Positions 22,547-33,993 of a stretch of 64,000 bases of DNA are shown here, piece by piece. The notes below the pieces were generated by a model. The model saw nothing but the letters and a program-made list of their open reading frames with translations. It searched no databases and was not told the DNA's origin. The first letter of the stretch is position 1; the number at the start of each line of letters is the position of its first letter. The DNA is from Halodesulfurarchaeum sp. (GTDB lineage Archaea; Halobacteriota; Halobacteria; Halobacteriales; Halobacteriaceae), in NCBI GenBank assembly GCA_034520565.1, contig JAXHNL010000002.1, positions 992,001-1,056,000 on the forward strand, written 5' to 3'. The position numbers and the translations under genes were made by a program.

Positions 22547-23956
22547 GTGAACGAGGACAACGTCTCCCCCGAATCGGCCGACCCCGACACGTCGCCGGTA
22601 GCGATCTCCGGAGACAGCGACGAAGGTCAGGGCGAACTCGAGCGAACCATCGGCCTCGCCGGCGGGTTGACCATCGGGATCGGGACGATGATCGGCGCGG
22701 GGATATTCGTGTTTCCGGGTCTTGCGGCCGAGCGAGCGGGACCGGCTGCATCCCTCTCCTTCCTCATCGGGGGTGTCATCGCGTTGCTGGTCGCGCTCCC
22801 CGCGTCCGAGCTGGCGACGGCCATGCCCCGGAGTGGCGGGGGCTACTTCTTCGTCTCTCGGGGATTGGGGACCGCTGCGGGGGCGATCGTCGGGCTCGGG
22901 CTCTGGTTGGGGCTGGTCTTTGCCTCCGCGTTTTACCTCGTCGGCCTGGGCGCGTATGCGAGTGCCGCCATCGCGGAGATCGGCATCGAACTCACGGCGA
23001 ACCTCGCCGTGCCCCTCGGGGTCGTCTTCGCGGTGGGATTGACCGCAGCGAGCGTCGGCGGGACGGAGAACTCGGCGACGCTGCAGAACTACATCGTCGG
23101 TGGATTGTTGGTCATTCTCGCCGTGTTTCTTACTTACGGCGGGCTCGACGCGCTGGGCGTGTTCGGCCGGGAGACTGTCCCCGAGGCCTTCTTCCCACGG
23201 GGCCACCTGCCGGTGCTCTCCACTGCCGGGTTGGTGTTCACGTCGTATCTCGGCTTCGCGCAGGTGGCCACCGTCGCCGGCGACATCAAGAATCCGGGCC
23301 GCTCGCTCCCGATCGCGATGGTCGGCTCGGTGCTGATCGTCACCGTGCTGTACGTCGTGACGATCTTCGTCGCCACGAGTGCCTTCGGCGCGGCGACTTT
23401 GGGGACCTTCGGCGAGACGGCGATCGTCGAGGTCGCCCGCGAACTCCTCGGGGAGCCGGGGGCCGTCGCGATCCTCGTGGCGGGGGTATTGGCGACCATC
23501 TCGAGTGCGAACGCCTCGATCCTCTCCGCCTCCCGGACGATGTACGCGCTCAGCCGGGACGCCATTCTCCCGGCACGGGCCGGAAAACTGAACATCAGAT
23601 TCGGGACCCCACACGTCGCTCTCCTCGCAGCTGGCGGCCCGATCGTGGTCCTGGTACTTTCTGGGCAGGTGGAACTGTTGGCGGAGGTCGCGTCCTTTCT
23701 CCATCTGCTCATGTACGGACTCATCGGGGTAACGGTGATCGTCCTGCGTCGCCGGGATCCCGAGTGGTACCAACCGAGTTATACGATGCCGGGGGTGCCG
23801 GTCCTGCCGGTCATCGCCGCTCTTGCCAGCTTCGGATTGGCCCTCCAGATGCAACTGGGAGCGATCGTAATTGGCCTGCTCGTCATGGGGCTTTCGTATC
23901 TGTGGTACCGGTATTACGCCCGTTCGGTCGACCTCAGGGGGGTGTTCACACAATGA
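22547..23956 (+). CDS. APC-family amino acid permease
   Basis: [22 protein letters not shown] motifs, about 12 TM; GTG start inferred. Confidence 0.92.
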   Translation: MNEDNVSPESADPDTSPVAISGDSDEGQGELERTIGLAGGLTIGIGTMIGAGIFVFPGLAAERAGPAASLSFLIGGVIALLVALPASELATAMPRSGGGYFFVSRGLGTAAGAIVGLGLWLGLVFASAFYLVGLGAYASAAIAEIGIELTANLAVPLGVVFAVGLTAASVGGTENSATLQNYIVGGLLVILAVFLTYGGLDALGVFGRETVPEAFFPRGHLPVLSTAGLVFTSYLGFAQVATVAGDIKNPGRSLPIAMVGSVLIVTVLYVVTIFVATSAFGAATLGTFGETAIVEVARELLGEPGAVAILVAGVLATISSANASILSASRTMYALSRDAILPARAGKLNIRFGTPHVALLAAGGPIVVLVLSGQVELLAEVASFLHLLMYGLIGVTVIVLRRRDPEWYQPSYTMPGVPVLPVIAALASFGLALQMQLGAIVIGLLVMGLSYLWYRYYARSVDLRGVFTQ

Positions 23957-24699
23957 CAGAGAGACCAACCGTCCTGGTTCCACGCCAGGTGCTCGAAGGA
24001 GAATCGATTCCGGAGGGGATTCCCGAACTGCTTTCGGGAGTCCACGTCCTGCTCCTGGGCTATCACGTCCTGCCCGAACAGACCGCAACCGAACAGGGCC
24101 GTGAGCAGTTCGGCGAGAAAGCCACGAAGCGACTCGCGGAGTTCGAAACGATGCTGGAGGCGAAGGGGGCGACGGTCGAAACGCGTCTCGTCTTCACGCA
24201 CGAGGCCCAGCAGACGATCAACCGGGTGATCGTCGAGGAGGACTGTTTCGCGGTCCTGATTCCGAAGGCCACGCCACCCGTCGAACGGGTGCTGGTCGCC
24301 GTTCGCGGCACGGTCGGACTCGACCGGCTCGTCGCGGTTCTCGGTGGGCTCTTTGCCGACTCGGAAACCGATCTCAGTTTGTATCACGTCCGAGAAGGCC
24401 AAGAGACTTCAGAACAAACAGAGGCGATGTTCGACGAGTTCGAATCGGCCCTCGTGGCTGCAGGAATCACGAGCGAGCAACTCGATACCACGGTCGGAAC
24501 GGGGACCCAGCTGATCGAACTGCTCGCCGAGGCCGCGGAGGACCACGAGCTCGTCGTCATGGGCGAGACGGATCCATCGATTGCGACGTACGTATTCGGG
24601 TTGCCTCAGGACCAGCTCGCCGCACAGTTCCTCGGCCCGGTGCTTGTCGTCCAGCGACCGCCACCCGAGCCGTACCCCGAAACGTCCCTGGACGAGTGA
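23953..24699 (+). CDS. Universal stress protein-like (tandem UspA domains)
   Basis: ATGA overlap with the permease; VLVAVRG and LVVMGE motifs. Confidence 0.75.
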   Translation: MTERPTVLVPRQVLEGESIPEGIPELLSGVHVLLLGYHVLPEQTATEQGREQFGEKATKRLAEFETMLEAKGATVETRLVFTHEAQQTINRVIVEEDCFAVLIPKATPPVERVLVAVRGTVGLDRLVAVLGGLFADSETDLSLYHVREGQETSEQTEAMFDEFESALVAAGITSEQLDTTVGTGTQLIELLAEAAEDHELVVMGETDPSIATYVFGLPQDQLAAQFLGPVLVVQRPPPEPYPETSLDE

Positions 24700-24839
24700 C
24701 TGGGGGGCGGCGCTGAACCGCCCGGCCGAGGACGGCTGATCACCGACTGCCGTTTCCCAGAACCCAGCACAGAACACAGCGTTAATACGATCCGCCGGCG
24801 GAGTTCCTGACGGACACAGACGGGTGTCGAGCCGAAACC

Positions 24840-26180
24840 ATGGCGGACACATACGATCTCATCATCGTCGGCGGGGGCATCAGCGGGGCATCACTACTGT
24901 ACGCGGTCTCCAAGTTCTCGGACGTCGAAACCGTCGCCCTGTTCGAGAAGGAAGCGGAGATCGGCGCGATAAACACCTATCACACGAACAACTCACAGAC
25001 CCTTCACTTCGGGGACATCGAGACGAACTACTCCCTCGAGAAGGCCCGATCGGTCAAGGAGGGCGCCGAAACGCTGGCCGGCTACCTCGAGTCGGCAGAT
25101 CCCGACCGGACCATGCACGCAAAGCGGTCCAAGATGGTCATCGCGGTCGGGGAGGCGGAGGTCGACCGGCTGGAACGGCGATATCACGAACGGGGGTTCG
25201 GCGATCTCTACCCGAAGCTGGAATTGATCGGTCGGGAACGGATCGAAGCACTGGAGCCGGCCGTCGTCGAGGGCAGGGACCCGGACGTTTCCCTCCGGGC
25301 GCTTTACACGCCGGATGGCTACGTCGTCGATTACGGGGAGACGGCAAAGTCGCTCGTCGCGGCAGCCCGCGAGGAGTCGGGGGTTGACGTGTACACGGGG
25401 ACGGCCGTCGAGGGGATCGTCGAGACCGCCGACGGGTACGCGGTTAGGACCGACGCGGGAACGGCGATGGCCCAGGGCGTCGTCGTGAGCGCGGGCTCAC
25501 ACAGTCTCCAGTTCGCCAAGCAACTGGGCTACGGCGAGGACATGGTCCTCTTGCCCATCGCGGGCAGTTTCTTCCTGGCCGAGGACTTCCTCAACGGGAA
25601 AGTCTACACCCTGCAGATGGCCAAACTCCCCTTTGCGGCGGTCCACGGGGACGCCGACGTCCACGACGCCTCGGTGACCCGTTTCGGACCGACGGCGAAG
25701 CCGGTCCCGGCCCTCGAACGCGGACAACTCGACACCGTCGGGGACTTCTTCGACGTGTTCGGCTTCGACTTCGACTCGTTTGCGAGCTACGCGAACATCC
25801 TCGCGGACAAAGTACTGCTTCCCTACGTGCTCCGGAACCTCGTCTATGACCTTCCGGAACTCGGGACCAGAGCCTTCCTCCCGCAGGTGCAGAAAGTCGT
25901 GCCGAGTGCCACACGCGATGACATCGAGCCCGCCCGGGGCTACGGTGGGATTCGCCCACAGATCGTCGACACCAGCGCCCGCACGCTCGACATGGGCGAG
26001 GCGACGATCGAGGGCGAGGACATCATCTTCAACATCACGCCGTCGCCCGGCGCGTCGACGTGTCTCAAGAACGCCCGCCGGGACGCCAAATCGGTGGTGG
26101 AGTTCCTCGACGGGGACTACAGCTTCGACGAGGACGCCTTCCACGAGGCGACCCTCGACAACTTCCCGCGGGAGGACTAA
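24840..26180 (+). CDS. FAD-dependent oxidoreductase, malate:quinone oxidoreductase-like
   Basis: GGGISG, NNSQTLHFGDIETNY and TPSPGAS motifs. Confidence 0.8.
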   Translation: MADTYDLIIVGGGISGASLLYAVSKFSDVETVALFEKEAEIGAINTYHTNNSQTLHFGDIETNYSLEKARSVKEGAETLAGYLESADPDRTMHAKRSKMVIAVGEAEVDRLERRYHERGFGDLYPKLELIGRERIEALEPAVVEGRDPDVSLRALYTPDGYVVDYGETAKSLVAAAREESGVDVYTGTAVEGIVETADGYAVRTDAGTAMAQGVVVSAGSHSLQFAKQLGYGEDMVLLPIAGSFFLAEDFLNGKVYTLQMAKLPFAAVHGDADVHDASVTRFGPTAKPVPALERGQLDTVGDFFDVFGFDFDSFASYANILADKVLLPYVLRNLVYDLPELGTRAFLPQVQKVVPSATRDDIEPARGYGGIRPQIVDTSARTLDMGEATIEGEDIIFNITPSPGASTCLKNARRDAKSVVEFLDGDYSFDEDAFHEATLDNFPRED

Positions 26181-26367
26181 GCCACGTTCCAGATACAACC
26201 AGCGTTCCAGATTCAGCCAGGGTGTCAGGGCCGTGCCGAATAAACCAGAATTCTTGCTGCGTTTCGATTTGACCGGACGTTTTACCCGTGACCAATCGAC
26301 CTCTCGGCTCTCTACCGACGAATTCGGGAACAGAATTCCTTTGGCAGTACCCCAGTAAGCACCGGTA

Positions 26368-27840
26368 GTGGCCCCGCAGCTGCGACACCTCCGAAAAGCC
26401 CTGCACAATCCGATGCGGGCACTCCTGGTCGGTATCGGGATGGTTCTCGCCAGGTTTGGCCTCATCACTGAGGAGCGGGCCACCCAGACGGTGGATCTGG
26501 CGTGGCCGCGGATCTTGACCGGGATCGCGCGGATGTCGAAAAACGCCGCCGACGTGGCGATGGTGGGGATCGCGCTCGGGCCGGCGGCGATCAACGGCGT
26601 CGGGTTTGCGACCCCGTACTGGGGTGTCGCCTTCAGCATCGGTGCCGGACTCGCGGCCGGGACGATCGCGCTCGTCTCCCAGCGGTACGGGGCCGAGCGC
26701 TTCGACCAGCTCGGCCAGGCGATCCGCTCGAGTGCGGCCCTGCTGATCGTCGTCACGATTCCCATCACCGTGATCTTCTGGCTCGTTCCCGAGACGCTCG
26801 TGTCCGTGCTCACGAGCACGCCCGCCGAAATCGATTACGGGGGTCGCTACCTCCGCGTTCTGGCACTGGGAGTGCCGTTCGCGTCGCTGAACCTCATCGG
26901 TAGCCGGGCGCTCATCGGCGCCGACGACGCCTGGGTCCCGATGCTTCTCCGCGGGGGCGGCGCGATCGCGAACATCGGTCTCAACGCGGTCTTCATTTTC
27001 GGGCTCGGCATGGGCGTGGAGGGGGCGGCGTGGGGAACCGTGCTCGCGAACGTGCTCGTGACGAGTTCGCTGGCGATCGGCCTCGCTCGGGGCGGCCTCC
27101 CGCTCGTCGGACAGTTCCCAGTTACCGTCGACCCGACTGGGCGGTACCTTCACCTCGATACGTTCCGGGATCTCATCTCGATCGGCACCCCCGTCATCGG
27201 ACGGAACTCGGTCTGGACGATCGCCCGGTTTCCGACCCTCGCCTTCGTCGCCATGTTCGGCCAGCAGATCACCGCGGCGTACATCGTCACCCGCCGGATC
27301 TGGGGAGTTATGAACACGCCGGGGTGGGGCTTTGGCCTTGCCGCGAGCAGTCTCGTCGGTCAGGAACTCGGGAAGGGGAGGGAGGCGATCGCCGAGGCCT
27401 ACGGCTACGAGATCACTCGCTTTTCGGTAGCGACCTACGCGCTTGCGGCCTTCGGCATCGCTCTCTTTGCGGAACCGATCGTCGCCCTCTTCATCGGGTC
27501 CCGGACCGACCCGGTGATCCCCATTGCGGTGCCGATGGTCTACGTTTCGGCTCTGGCGATCATTCCACAGGGCGTGACGAGCACCATCGCCGGGGCCCTT
27601 GACGCGACCGGTGACACCCGCTGGCCCTTTTATAGCCGCGCGCTGGGGATGTTCGGATTCTCGATCCCGATCATGTACCTCGGGGCGACGACATCGCTTG
27701 GCATCTGGGGCATCTACCTCTCCTTCTTCGGGGAGACGGTGGTCTCGGCGGTCATCAACTACTACCGGTTCTGGACGGGCAAGTGGAAGGCGATCAGTCG
27801 AGGGTATCGACCCGACGTGTCGACGACGGTGGACGATTGA
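26368..27840 (+). CDS. MATE family efflux transporter
   Basis: About 12 TM; LVSQRYGA and MGVEGAAWGT motifs. Confidence 0.9.
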   Translation: MAPQLRHLRKALHNPMRALLVGIGMVLARFGLITEERATQTVDLAWPRILTGIARMSKNAADVAMVGIALGPAAINGVGFATPYWGVAFSIGAGLAAGTIALVSQRYGAERFDQLGQAIRSSAALLIVVTIPITVIFWLVPETLVSVLTSTPAEIDYGGRYLRVLALGVPFASLNLIGSRALIGADDAWVPMLLRGGGAIANIGLNAVFIFGLGMGVEGAAWGTVLANVLVTSSLAIGLARGGLPLVGQFPVTVDPTGRYLHLDTFRDLISIGTPVIGRNSVWTIARFPTLAFVAMFGQQITAAYIVTRRIWGVMNTPGWGFGLAASSLVGQELGKGREAIAEAYGYEITRFSVATYALAAFGIALFAEPIVALFIGSRTDPVIPIAVPMVYVSALAIIPQGVTSTIAGALDATGDTRWPFYSRALGMFGFSIPIMYLGATTSLGIWGIYLSFFGETVVSAVINYYRFWTGKWKAISRGYRPDVSTTVDD

Positions 27841-27876
27841 CTCCGGAGCACAGCAGCGGCGTCTTTCCAGGCCTGC

Positions 27877-28266
27877 TCAATAGACGATGTAACTGACCGA
27901 TCCCACGTCGATCTTCACGAGCGTGTTCTCCGGGTAGGCGTCGGGTTCGACCCCGTACTTCTCGTTAATCTCGCGCCGGACTCGCGTTTCTTCGGCCTCG
28001 TCGTCGATGATTTCGGCGGTTCCGAGCAGGGTTACCATCCACTCGGGAATCCCCGCCTCGGCTTTCTGAACCGAGAGGGAGACCCGCGGGTTCTTTCGGA
28101 TGTTCGCGAGTTTCCGCCCCTTCGTGGTCAGTTCGACGATCCCCTCGTCGTACTGGTACCAGAGCGGGGCCACGTGGGGCTTGTCGTCGACGCTCGTGGC
28201 CAGAAACGCGGTCAGTGGCTCGGACTGGAGCAGTGTCTCGACCTCGTCGGGGACGGTATCTGCCAT
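27877..28266 (-). CDS. Pyridoxamine 5'-phosphate oxidase family protein
   Basis: LATS..DKPHVAPLWY...KLANIRKNPRVSL. Confidence 0.85.
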   Translation of the reverse strand: MADTVPDEVETLLQSEPLTAFLATSVDDKPHVAPLWYQYDEGIVELTTKGRKLANIRKNPRVSLSVQKAEAGIPEWMVTLLGTAEIIDDEAEETRVRREINEKYGVEPDAYPENTLVKIDVGSVSYIVY

Positions 28267-28317
28267 GTCGCTACTGTGTCACGCGGCTACAAAAAGCTCG
28301 GGCCGACCCAAAAACCG

Positions 28318-28602
28318 TCAGTCGATGTGCCCTTCGCGTCGAAGCTGTTCGGCGTCCGCACTCTTGTATCGCCACTCGATGTCGCCTTTCTCGTCCTGCC
28401 AGTCCCACGGGTCGATGAGGACGACGTCGCCCTTTTCGATCCAGGTACGATATTTCATCCGGCCGGGGATTCGTCCGAGGCGGGTCTCGCCGTCCGCACA
28501 CCGCACGCGGACGTGGTTCCCACCCAGGTGTTGCTCGATGACGCCGAACTGCTCGGACCCCGAGGGCATGCGGAGGTCCTTTTGCTCACGTTGTTCTGTC
28601 AC
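28318..28602 (-). CDS. eif1a: Translation initiation factor aIF-1A
   Basis: [25 protein letters not shown]...WIEKGD; GTG start inferred. Confidence 0.93.
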   Translation of the reverse strand: MTEQREQKDLRMPSGSEQFGVIEQHLGGNHVRVRCADGETRLGRIPGRMKYRTWIEKGDVVLIDPWDWQDEKGDIEWRYKSADAEQLRREGHID

Positions 28603-28697
28603 GTCAACTGATTCGTTCCGGAGAGGGATAAACTCAGTTGAATGCGTGGTACCATCGCCCAGAGTGGTTTTTACCTCCGGACGTTTTTTCGGCACGT

Positions 28698-29804
28698 ATG
28701 GATCCTGTCGTTGTCGTCGGGGGTGGGGTCATCGGAACGGCCGTGACGGCTGCACTCGCCGACCGTGACGTGCCCGTGAAACTCTACGAGAAAGACGCCC
28801 TGGGCGGGGGAACCACCGCGAAATCCATGGCCATCTTCTTCTGGCATCAGGACGACCCGAGCGAGACGGAACACCGGCTTCGAGAACTGGCCTGGGAGAC
28901 CTACGAACCGCTCATCGAGGACGGAACGCTCGATTTCACCCGGATAGGAACCCTCGAAACGGCCCCGGAACTGACGGACGTCCCGGAGGTCCGTTCGGTC
29001 TGGAAGGGTCTCTCGAATTTGGGGGTCGACGTCGAGTGGCTGGAGGCCCCCGAACTCGAATCGAAGGGACTCGATCCGGCGGCCTTCGAGGGGGGTCTGT
29101 TCGTTCCCGCCGACGGCTTTCTCGACCCGTCGGCGATCATCCAGACGTTCGTGGACCGGGCCACGGAGGGACCCGCGACGATCGAAACCGGCGTCGAGGT
29201 GACCGACGTCACAACCGAGGACGGCGCCGTGACGGCCGTCGAAACCACGGACGGGACCCAACCCGCGAGTGCGGTCGTGAACGCCGCCGGCCCGTGGGCA
29301 CCTGCGATCAACGACCTCGCCGGAATCGAGCAGCCGCTCAGACAGACCCGTGGGCCGATCGTCGTTCTCTCACGCGAGACGGAGTTTACCCTTCCGTTCA
29401 TGATTCTCCACGACGAGCTGTACTTTCGGGAGGACGGGCTCCAGCAGGCCTTCGGCGGCCGCTTCGATACGACCTTCGAGACGGCCGAAACGGTCGATCC
29501 GGACGCGAACCACACAGTCGATCAGTCCTTCTATCTCGACATCGCCGAGGAGATCGAGGCCGCCGTTCCTCGGCTGGCGGACGCCCAGATCGTCAACGAC
29601 TGGGTCGGCTTCCGGACGATCACGCCCGACGGCCGTCCGCTCGTCGGCGAGACGGACCTCGATGGCTTCTACTCGGCGGTGGGGATGTCTGGCTACGGGG
29701 TGACCCGAGCCCCGGCAATCGCGTCGATACTCGCGGATGTGATCGACGGGCAAGCGGTCGACGATGAACTGGCCGCGTGGATCGCGCCGGACCGGCTTTC
29801 CTGA
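28698..29804 (+). CDS. FAD-dependent oxidoreductase (DAO / sarcosine oxidase beta-like)
   Basis: GGGVIG, NAAGPWA and TPDGRPLVG motifs. Confidence 0.88.
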   Translation: MDPVVVVGGGVIGTAVTAALADRDVPVKLYEKDALGGGTTAKSMAIFFWHQDDPSETEHRLRELAWETYEPLIEDGTLDFTRIGTLETAPELTDVPEVRSVWKGLSNLGVDVEWLEAPELESKGLDPAAFEGGLFVPADGFLDPSAIIQTFVDRATEGPATIETGVEVTDVTTEDGAVTAVETTDGTQPASAVVNAAGPWAPAINDLAGIEQPLRQTRGPIVVLSRETEFTLPFMILHDELYFREDGLQQAFGGRFDTTFETAETVDPDANHTVDQSFYLDIAEEIEAAVPRLADAQIVNDWVGFRTITPDGRPLVGETDLDGFYSAVGMSGYGVTRAPAIASILADVIDGQAVDDELAAWIAPDRLS

Positions 29805-29811
29805 TTCCCGT

Positions 29812-30477
29812 TCAGCCGGCTGCGTGGACGATCGCCGGCAAATCGGCGAGCGTTTCGATCTCGTAGGTCGGGGGAACCTGGAGTTCCGTCTCGGCCCGGT
29901 GGTCGCGTCGGAGGAAGACCGAATCGACGCCCGCGGCCGCGGCGGCCTGGACGTCCGACTCGCTGTCCCCGACGAAAAGCGGGTTCCTGGCGCCGAGGTC
30001 CGCGATTGCGAGGTCGAGATAGTGCGGGTCGGGTTTCTTCAGGGCGAGGCTCTCGGGGTGCATCTCCCGACCGTAGACCGACTCGAAGTACTCACCGATA
30101 CCGTGCTGCTCGAGGATCGTTTCGACGGTGCGAGACTGGTTGGAGCTGACGATCCCGAGGGGCAGATCGATCCGGGACAGGGCCTCGAAGTCGGGGTAGA
30201 GCGGCTTGCGACCGGCCCGGATCTCCCGCTCCTGTACGAGCGAGGAGCGGAGATCGCGGCGGTACCAGAGTGCGGCGGGTGCCAGCCCGTACCGGCTGGC
30301 GACCGACTGCAGGATTTCCGGGGTGACGCCGTACACGAGCCGGTCGATATCGGCCGGATCGGGGTCGACGACGCCCATGTCCCTGAAGGCGTCCTCGACG
30401 GCTCGCTCCAGGACCGACCAGTCGGTCAGGGCGGTGAGCACGCCGTCGTTATCGAGGATCACCGCGTCGTAGGTCAT
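29812..30477 (-). CDS. HAD-family hydrolase
   Basis: DNDGVL, KKPDP and VGDSESD motifs. Confidence 0.88.
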   Translation of the reverse strand: MTYDAVILDNDGVLTALTDWSVLERAVEDAFRDMGVVDPDPADIDRLVYGVTPEILQSVASRYGLAPAALWYRRDLRSSLVQEREIRAGRKPLYPDFEALSRIDLPLGIVSSNQSRTVETILEQHGIGEYFESVYGREMHPESLALKKPDPHYLDLAIADLGARNPLFVGDSESDVQAAAAAGVDSVFLRRDHRAETELQVPPTYEIETLADLPAIVHAAG

Positions 30478-30544
30478 TTCAGGGACGTACTGGACGATCG
30501 GGGAAAACGGTTTCGTGCCCCTTGCTGGCCCGTACCCCGGGCAG

Positions 30545-30865
30545 TCAGGCGTACTCGCGCCACCGCGCCCCACATTCCGTGCACTTGAAAAACCGCGTCG
30601 GCGGTTCGTCGGCCGAGCCGGTCTGCTTGATCGTGTACCAGGCCTCGTCGTTCTCACATTCCGGGCACTCGATTTCGGCGGTCGGCTTCCCCTCGAAGTT
30701 CGCCCCTTCCTCGGTCTCGATGACGTCGCTTTCGTCCTGCTCCTGGGTCGAGACGTATTCCTCGTCCATTCCCGCCGCCTTCGACTCCGTATGGCCACAG
30801 CTCGAACAGACCATCGAATCGCCGTCGGGATGCATCATCGACCCACACTCGGGACAGAACTGCAT
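30545..30865 (-). CDS. tfs: Transcription factor S (TFS)
   Basis: MQFCPECGS and QTGSADEPPTRFFKCTECG. Confidence 0.93.
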   Translation of the reverse strand: MQFCPECGSMMHPDGDSMVCSSCGHTESKAAGMDEEYVSTQEQDESDVIETEEGANFEGKPTAEIECPECENDEAWYTIKQTGSADEPPTRFFKCTECGARWREYA

Positions 30866-30902
30866 TAGTGACAAACCGGTGCCCGGGCCTCAAAAGTCTC
30901 CC

Positions 30903-31448
30903 TTACTGGTCCTCGGACCGGCCCGGGCGTGTCTTCTTCCCATCCGGGCCGACCATCGGACAGTCGGACACCCGGACGTGGCCCATGTCGACGAGTTCGT
31001 GAATCGTGGTCCCCTGGTGGGTGCATTTGAGTTCTGGTGGCGCCTCGAGGTAGCGACACCGTTCGCAGATCCGTTTCGAGATGACCTGAGTCGGCCCCTC
31101 GGCACCCGCTTCGGTTTCGGCCGCCTCGAAGTGCCCCTCGGGGTTATCGTCTTCCATGAGGAGGTCTGCCCATACCCCCTCCGAGTCGACTGGTTCGACG
31201 GTTTCCTCCATGAAGGCCTCGTCGGCGACGGCCTCCTCCCGCTCGGGGTCGTCACGTGCCCGCCTGTCGACCTCGTCCCGGAGCCCGGAAAGCGGCACCG
31301 AATCGGCCTCGTCGGTCGCTTCGTGCGTCGCGTCATCCGCAGCGGTCACTTCCTCGGTCATGTCCCCGTCGGCCGGCTCTTCGTTTTCGATGTCCGAACG
31401 AAGGTCGGCGAGTGGAATGGACTCCGCGTGGTCGTCGTCTTCAGTCAC
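30903..31448 (-). CDS. Acidic hypothetical protein with C-terminal Cys cluster
   Basis: CERCRYL...CTH...CPMV; overlaps the upstream gene by 4 nt. Confidence 0.7.
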   Translation of the reverse strand: MTEDDDHAESIPLADLRSDIENEEPADGDMTEEVTAADDATHEATDEADSVPLSGLRDEVDRRARDDPEREEAVADEAFMEETVEPVDSEGVWADLLMEDDNPEGHFEAAETEAGAEGPTQVISKRICERCRYLEAPPELKCTHQGTTIHELVDMGHVRVSDCPMVGPDGKKTRPGRSEDQ

Positions 31449-32146
31449 GGGTTTTCACCATCGGGTTCGTCCGCATCTCCGAAGATGAAGGGGGAATCGT
31501 TCCTGTTGTCACCTGTCGAATTCCTCCCGAGCCCGTCCAGATCCGGTCGGGATGGGGTGGACTTCCCCTCCAGAGCCGGACGTTCCCCGGTCTCGAGGAT
31601 CGACGTCCCGAAAAAGCCCGGGTTGGCATCGAGCGTGTGGAAACTCTCCCCGCAGGTCGGGCAGCGAGCCTCGCTGAGGAGGGCGACGTCGATTTTCGAT
31701 TTACAGCCCTCACATTTGGCCGTCCGCACCCCCCGCCCGGCAGCGGTCTCCTTGAGGTGGTCCGCACGAGCCCGCTGCTGCTCTCGCTCCGCCACGGTGT
31801 CCAGGGTCTGGCGCATGGATTTGAGCGCCCGACCGATCGTGTCGACGTCCGACTCGAGGTCGCTCGTGCGGTCCAGAAGGGTCTCGAGGATCTCCTCGAA
31901 GTTTTCGAACCCGCCCTCCAGCTGCGACTCGGTCCTGTCCAGCCGTTCCCGGGTCGCTTCGAGTTCCGATTCGAGTTCCTCGAGGGCGGTTTCGAGTGAC
32001 TCGTGCTCGTGGGACGCCGGGGACTTTTCGTCGGTTTCCCGCTTGACCTGAATGACGCGCTCTCTGACGTCCTGGATGTCGGCCTCGATCTTCGCTTCGA
32101 GTTCCTCTAGCGTGGCCTGAACGTCTTGAAGCTCCTCTTCGGCCAT
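31445..32146 (-). CDS. Coiled-coil protein with C-terminal zinc ribbon
   Basis: Heptad-rich region, DVRERVIQVKRE, CEGC...CPTC; start approximate. Confidence 0.7.
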   Translation of the reverse strand: MAEEELQDVQATLEELEAKIEADIQDVRERVIQVKRETDEKSPASHEHESLETALEELESELEATRERLDRTESQLEGGFENFEEILETLLDRTSDLESDVDTIGRALKSMRQTLDTVAEREQQRARADHLKETAAGRGVRTAKCEGCKSKIDVALLSEARCPTCGESFHTLDANPGFFGTSILETGERPALEGKSTPSRPDLDGLGRNSTGDNRNDSPFIFGDADEPDGENP

Positions 32147-32428
32147 CATTGACTTCCATCTCCCTTTCGTGTCGACCCGGACCGCAACGGGCCACGGATC
32201 GGCCGATTCAACCGCTTCGTCCTGCGGTTTTCGAAGCCCGAACGCTCCCCGTTCGTCATCGCGTGGGCCCCATCGATGTGACCCGAATCCACAGACAGCT
32301 GCCACTCGCCGGTGGCGTTGGCCAGCAGCGGATTCGGGAACTGGATCATTTTCCGTGTAGTCTTAGCGGGTTGCACCGTATAAAGTTGATTCCCAACAGT
32401 ATGCCGGGAGACAGCTCTCGGCGGTTTC

Positions 32429-33265
32429 TCAGCGGATCTTTCGAACGTTCGAAACGTCGAATCCCGCGTCGTGGATCTCCGTCTCGAAGCGAATGATGTC
32501 GTCCTCCTCGAGCTGCGAGAGCACGCCCCGGAATTCGGGGACGTACATGGTTCGAACGCGCTCGTTGCCCCCGGTCTCCCATTCGAACTGGAGTGTTCCG
32601 TCCACGGCGGTCATCAGGTTTCCGAGTTCCTGGTCGGTGACGGCGTCTTTGGTCAGCAGGAGCAGGATCAGGCTCCCCCACTCGCGGGCGGCCCGTCTGA
32701 GGCCCTTGAGGGTGAGCACGAGGTCGCCGATCGAGTGGTGGCGACCGCGTGCGGCCAGCAGATCGGTCAGGGAGTCGATCAAAATCAGCCCGCCGCTTGC
32801 GTGCTCGTCGAGGTAGTCCGCCGTTGCCGTGAGAACTCCCCGACGGCTCGATTCTTTCCCGAGGTCGGTGATGGTACGGTGTGAGGGCCCGTACCACTCC
32901 CGCGGAACCGGGCTGCGCTGGAAGTACTCTCCCGAGAGGTCCTCGAAGGTGACTGGCTCGAGCCCCGCAGCCACGAGTTCGTCGTCCATCGTGTACTCGA
33001 TCTCCGTCGAGAGGGTGCGTTCGTCGGCGGTATAGGAGAGATAGTGAATGGATTCCGGTGGCGCGGCTGCCCCGGAGAGCTCACCGTAGTGGAGATCGAA
33101 GAGGCCCGGATCGGCCCCTTCGAGGCCGTTCATCACGGCACTCGTGTACAGAAACTCCCTCGCGCCAGCCCCACTTTCTCCTGCGAGCAGAACCACACTA
33201 CCCGCCGGGGATCCGCCCCCGATTTGCGAATCGAGTCGCGCGATGCCGAAGGGGATTCGGCTCAT
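32429..33265 (-). CDS. KaiC/RAD55-like RecA-superfamily ATPase with degenerate Walker A
   Basis: IPFGIARLD...GESGAGAREF, LIDSL, FETEIHDAGF. Confidence 0.85.
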   Translation of the reverse strand: MSRIPFGIARLDSQIGGGSPAGSVVLLAGESGAGAREFLYTSAVMNGLEGADPGLFDLHYGELSGAAAPPESIHYLSYTADERTLSTEIEYTMDDELVAAGLEPVTFEDLSGEYFQRSPVPREWYGPSHRTITDLGKESSRRGVLTATADYLDEHASGGLILIDSLTDLLAARGRHHSIGDLVLTLKGLRRAAREWGSLILLLLTKDAVTDQELGNLMTAVDGTLQFEWETGGNERVRTMYVPEFRGVLSQLEEDDIIRFETEIHDAGFDVSNVRKIR

Positions 33266-33398
33266 ACCGGCCCCACTCGGGGCGCGTGCTTACGCGTTTC
33301 GCCGATTGGGGGGGGGGGAAACCACTGCCGGCGGTGGGGAAACCCCTAAATAGTATGCGGGTCATTGACATGGTACGGTATAACAACCTACCTAACCC

Positions 33399-33689
33399 AT
33401 GCCAACCTACATTCGCCTGACCGAACTGACGAGAGAGGGATTCGAGGAGATCGAGGAGAGTGCAACCCGGACCGAACACATGAAAGCGATGGCGAACGAA
33501 ATGGGCGGCTCCATCGAGGACGTCTTCCTCACGATGGGGGAGTACGACTTCATCACGATCGCGGAGTTCCCCAACGATCAGATGTACACGCAGTTCGCGC
33601 TTCGATTCGCCGAGGAGGGGACGAACGATACAAAGACGCTGAAGGCTCTCGAGGAGGACGAATACCTGAGCGTGATTCAGCAGTTGTAA
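33399..33689 (+). CDS. GYD domain protein
   Basis: MPTYI...TMGEYDFI motif. Confidence 0.85.
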   Translation: MPTYIRLTELTREGFEEIEESATRTEHMKAMANEMGGSIEDVFLTMGEYDFITIAEFPNDQMYTQFALRFAEEGTNDTKTLKALEEDEYLSVIQQL

Positions 33690-33993
33690 TCGGGACCGAT
33701 CCGGTTCGTCCTGGGAGTTCGAGTGGGCGCCGGGAGGACAATTCCACGCCCAGGGAGCCGACTCGGGGCACTTCCCACAGTTCTCACTCCGAAGACACCC
33801 ACGACCTGGCCCCTGGTCGCTGTTTCAATCAGGTCGGTTTGTTTCGAACCCACATTCTTATCACCCGTTCTCAAGTATGAGAAGCACGTACTTCAGTGAC
33901 CATGACACAGCAAGGGACAGTACTCTGCCGACATATGCCATCGGAATGGAGTAACACTAATAACATCCTCTCAGCAACAAACCACTTAGACGA

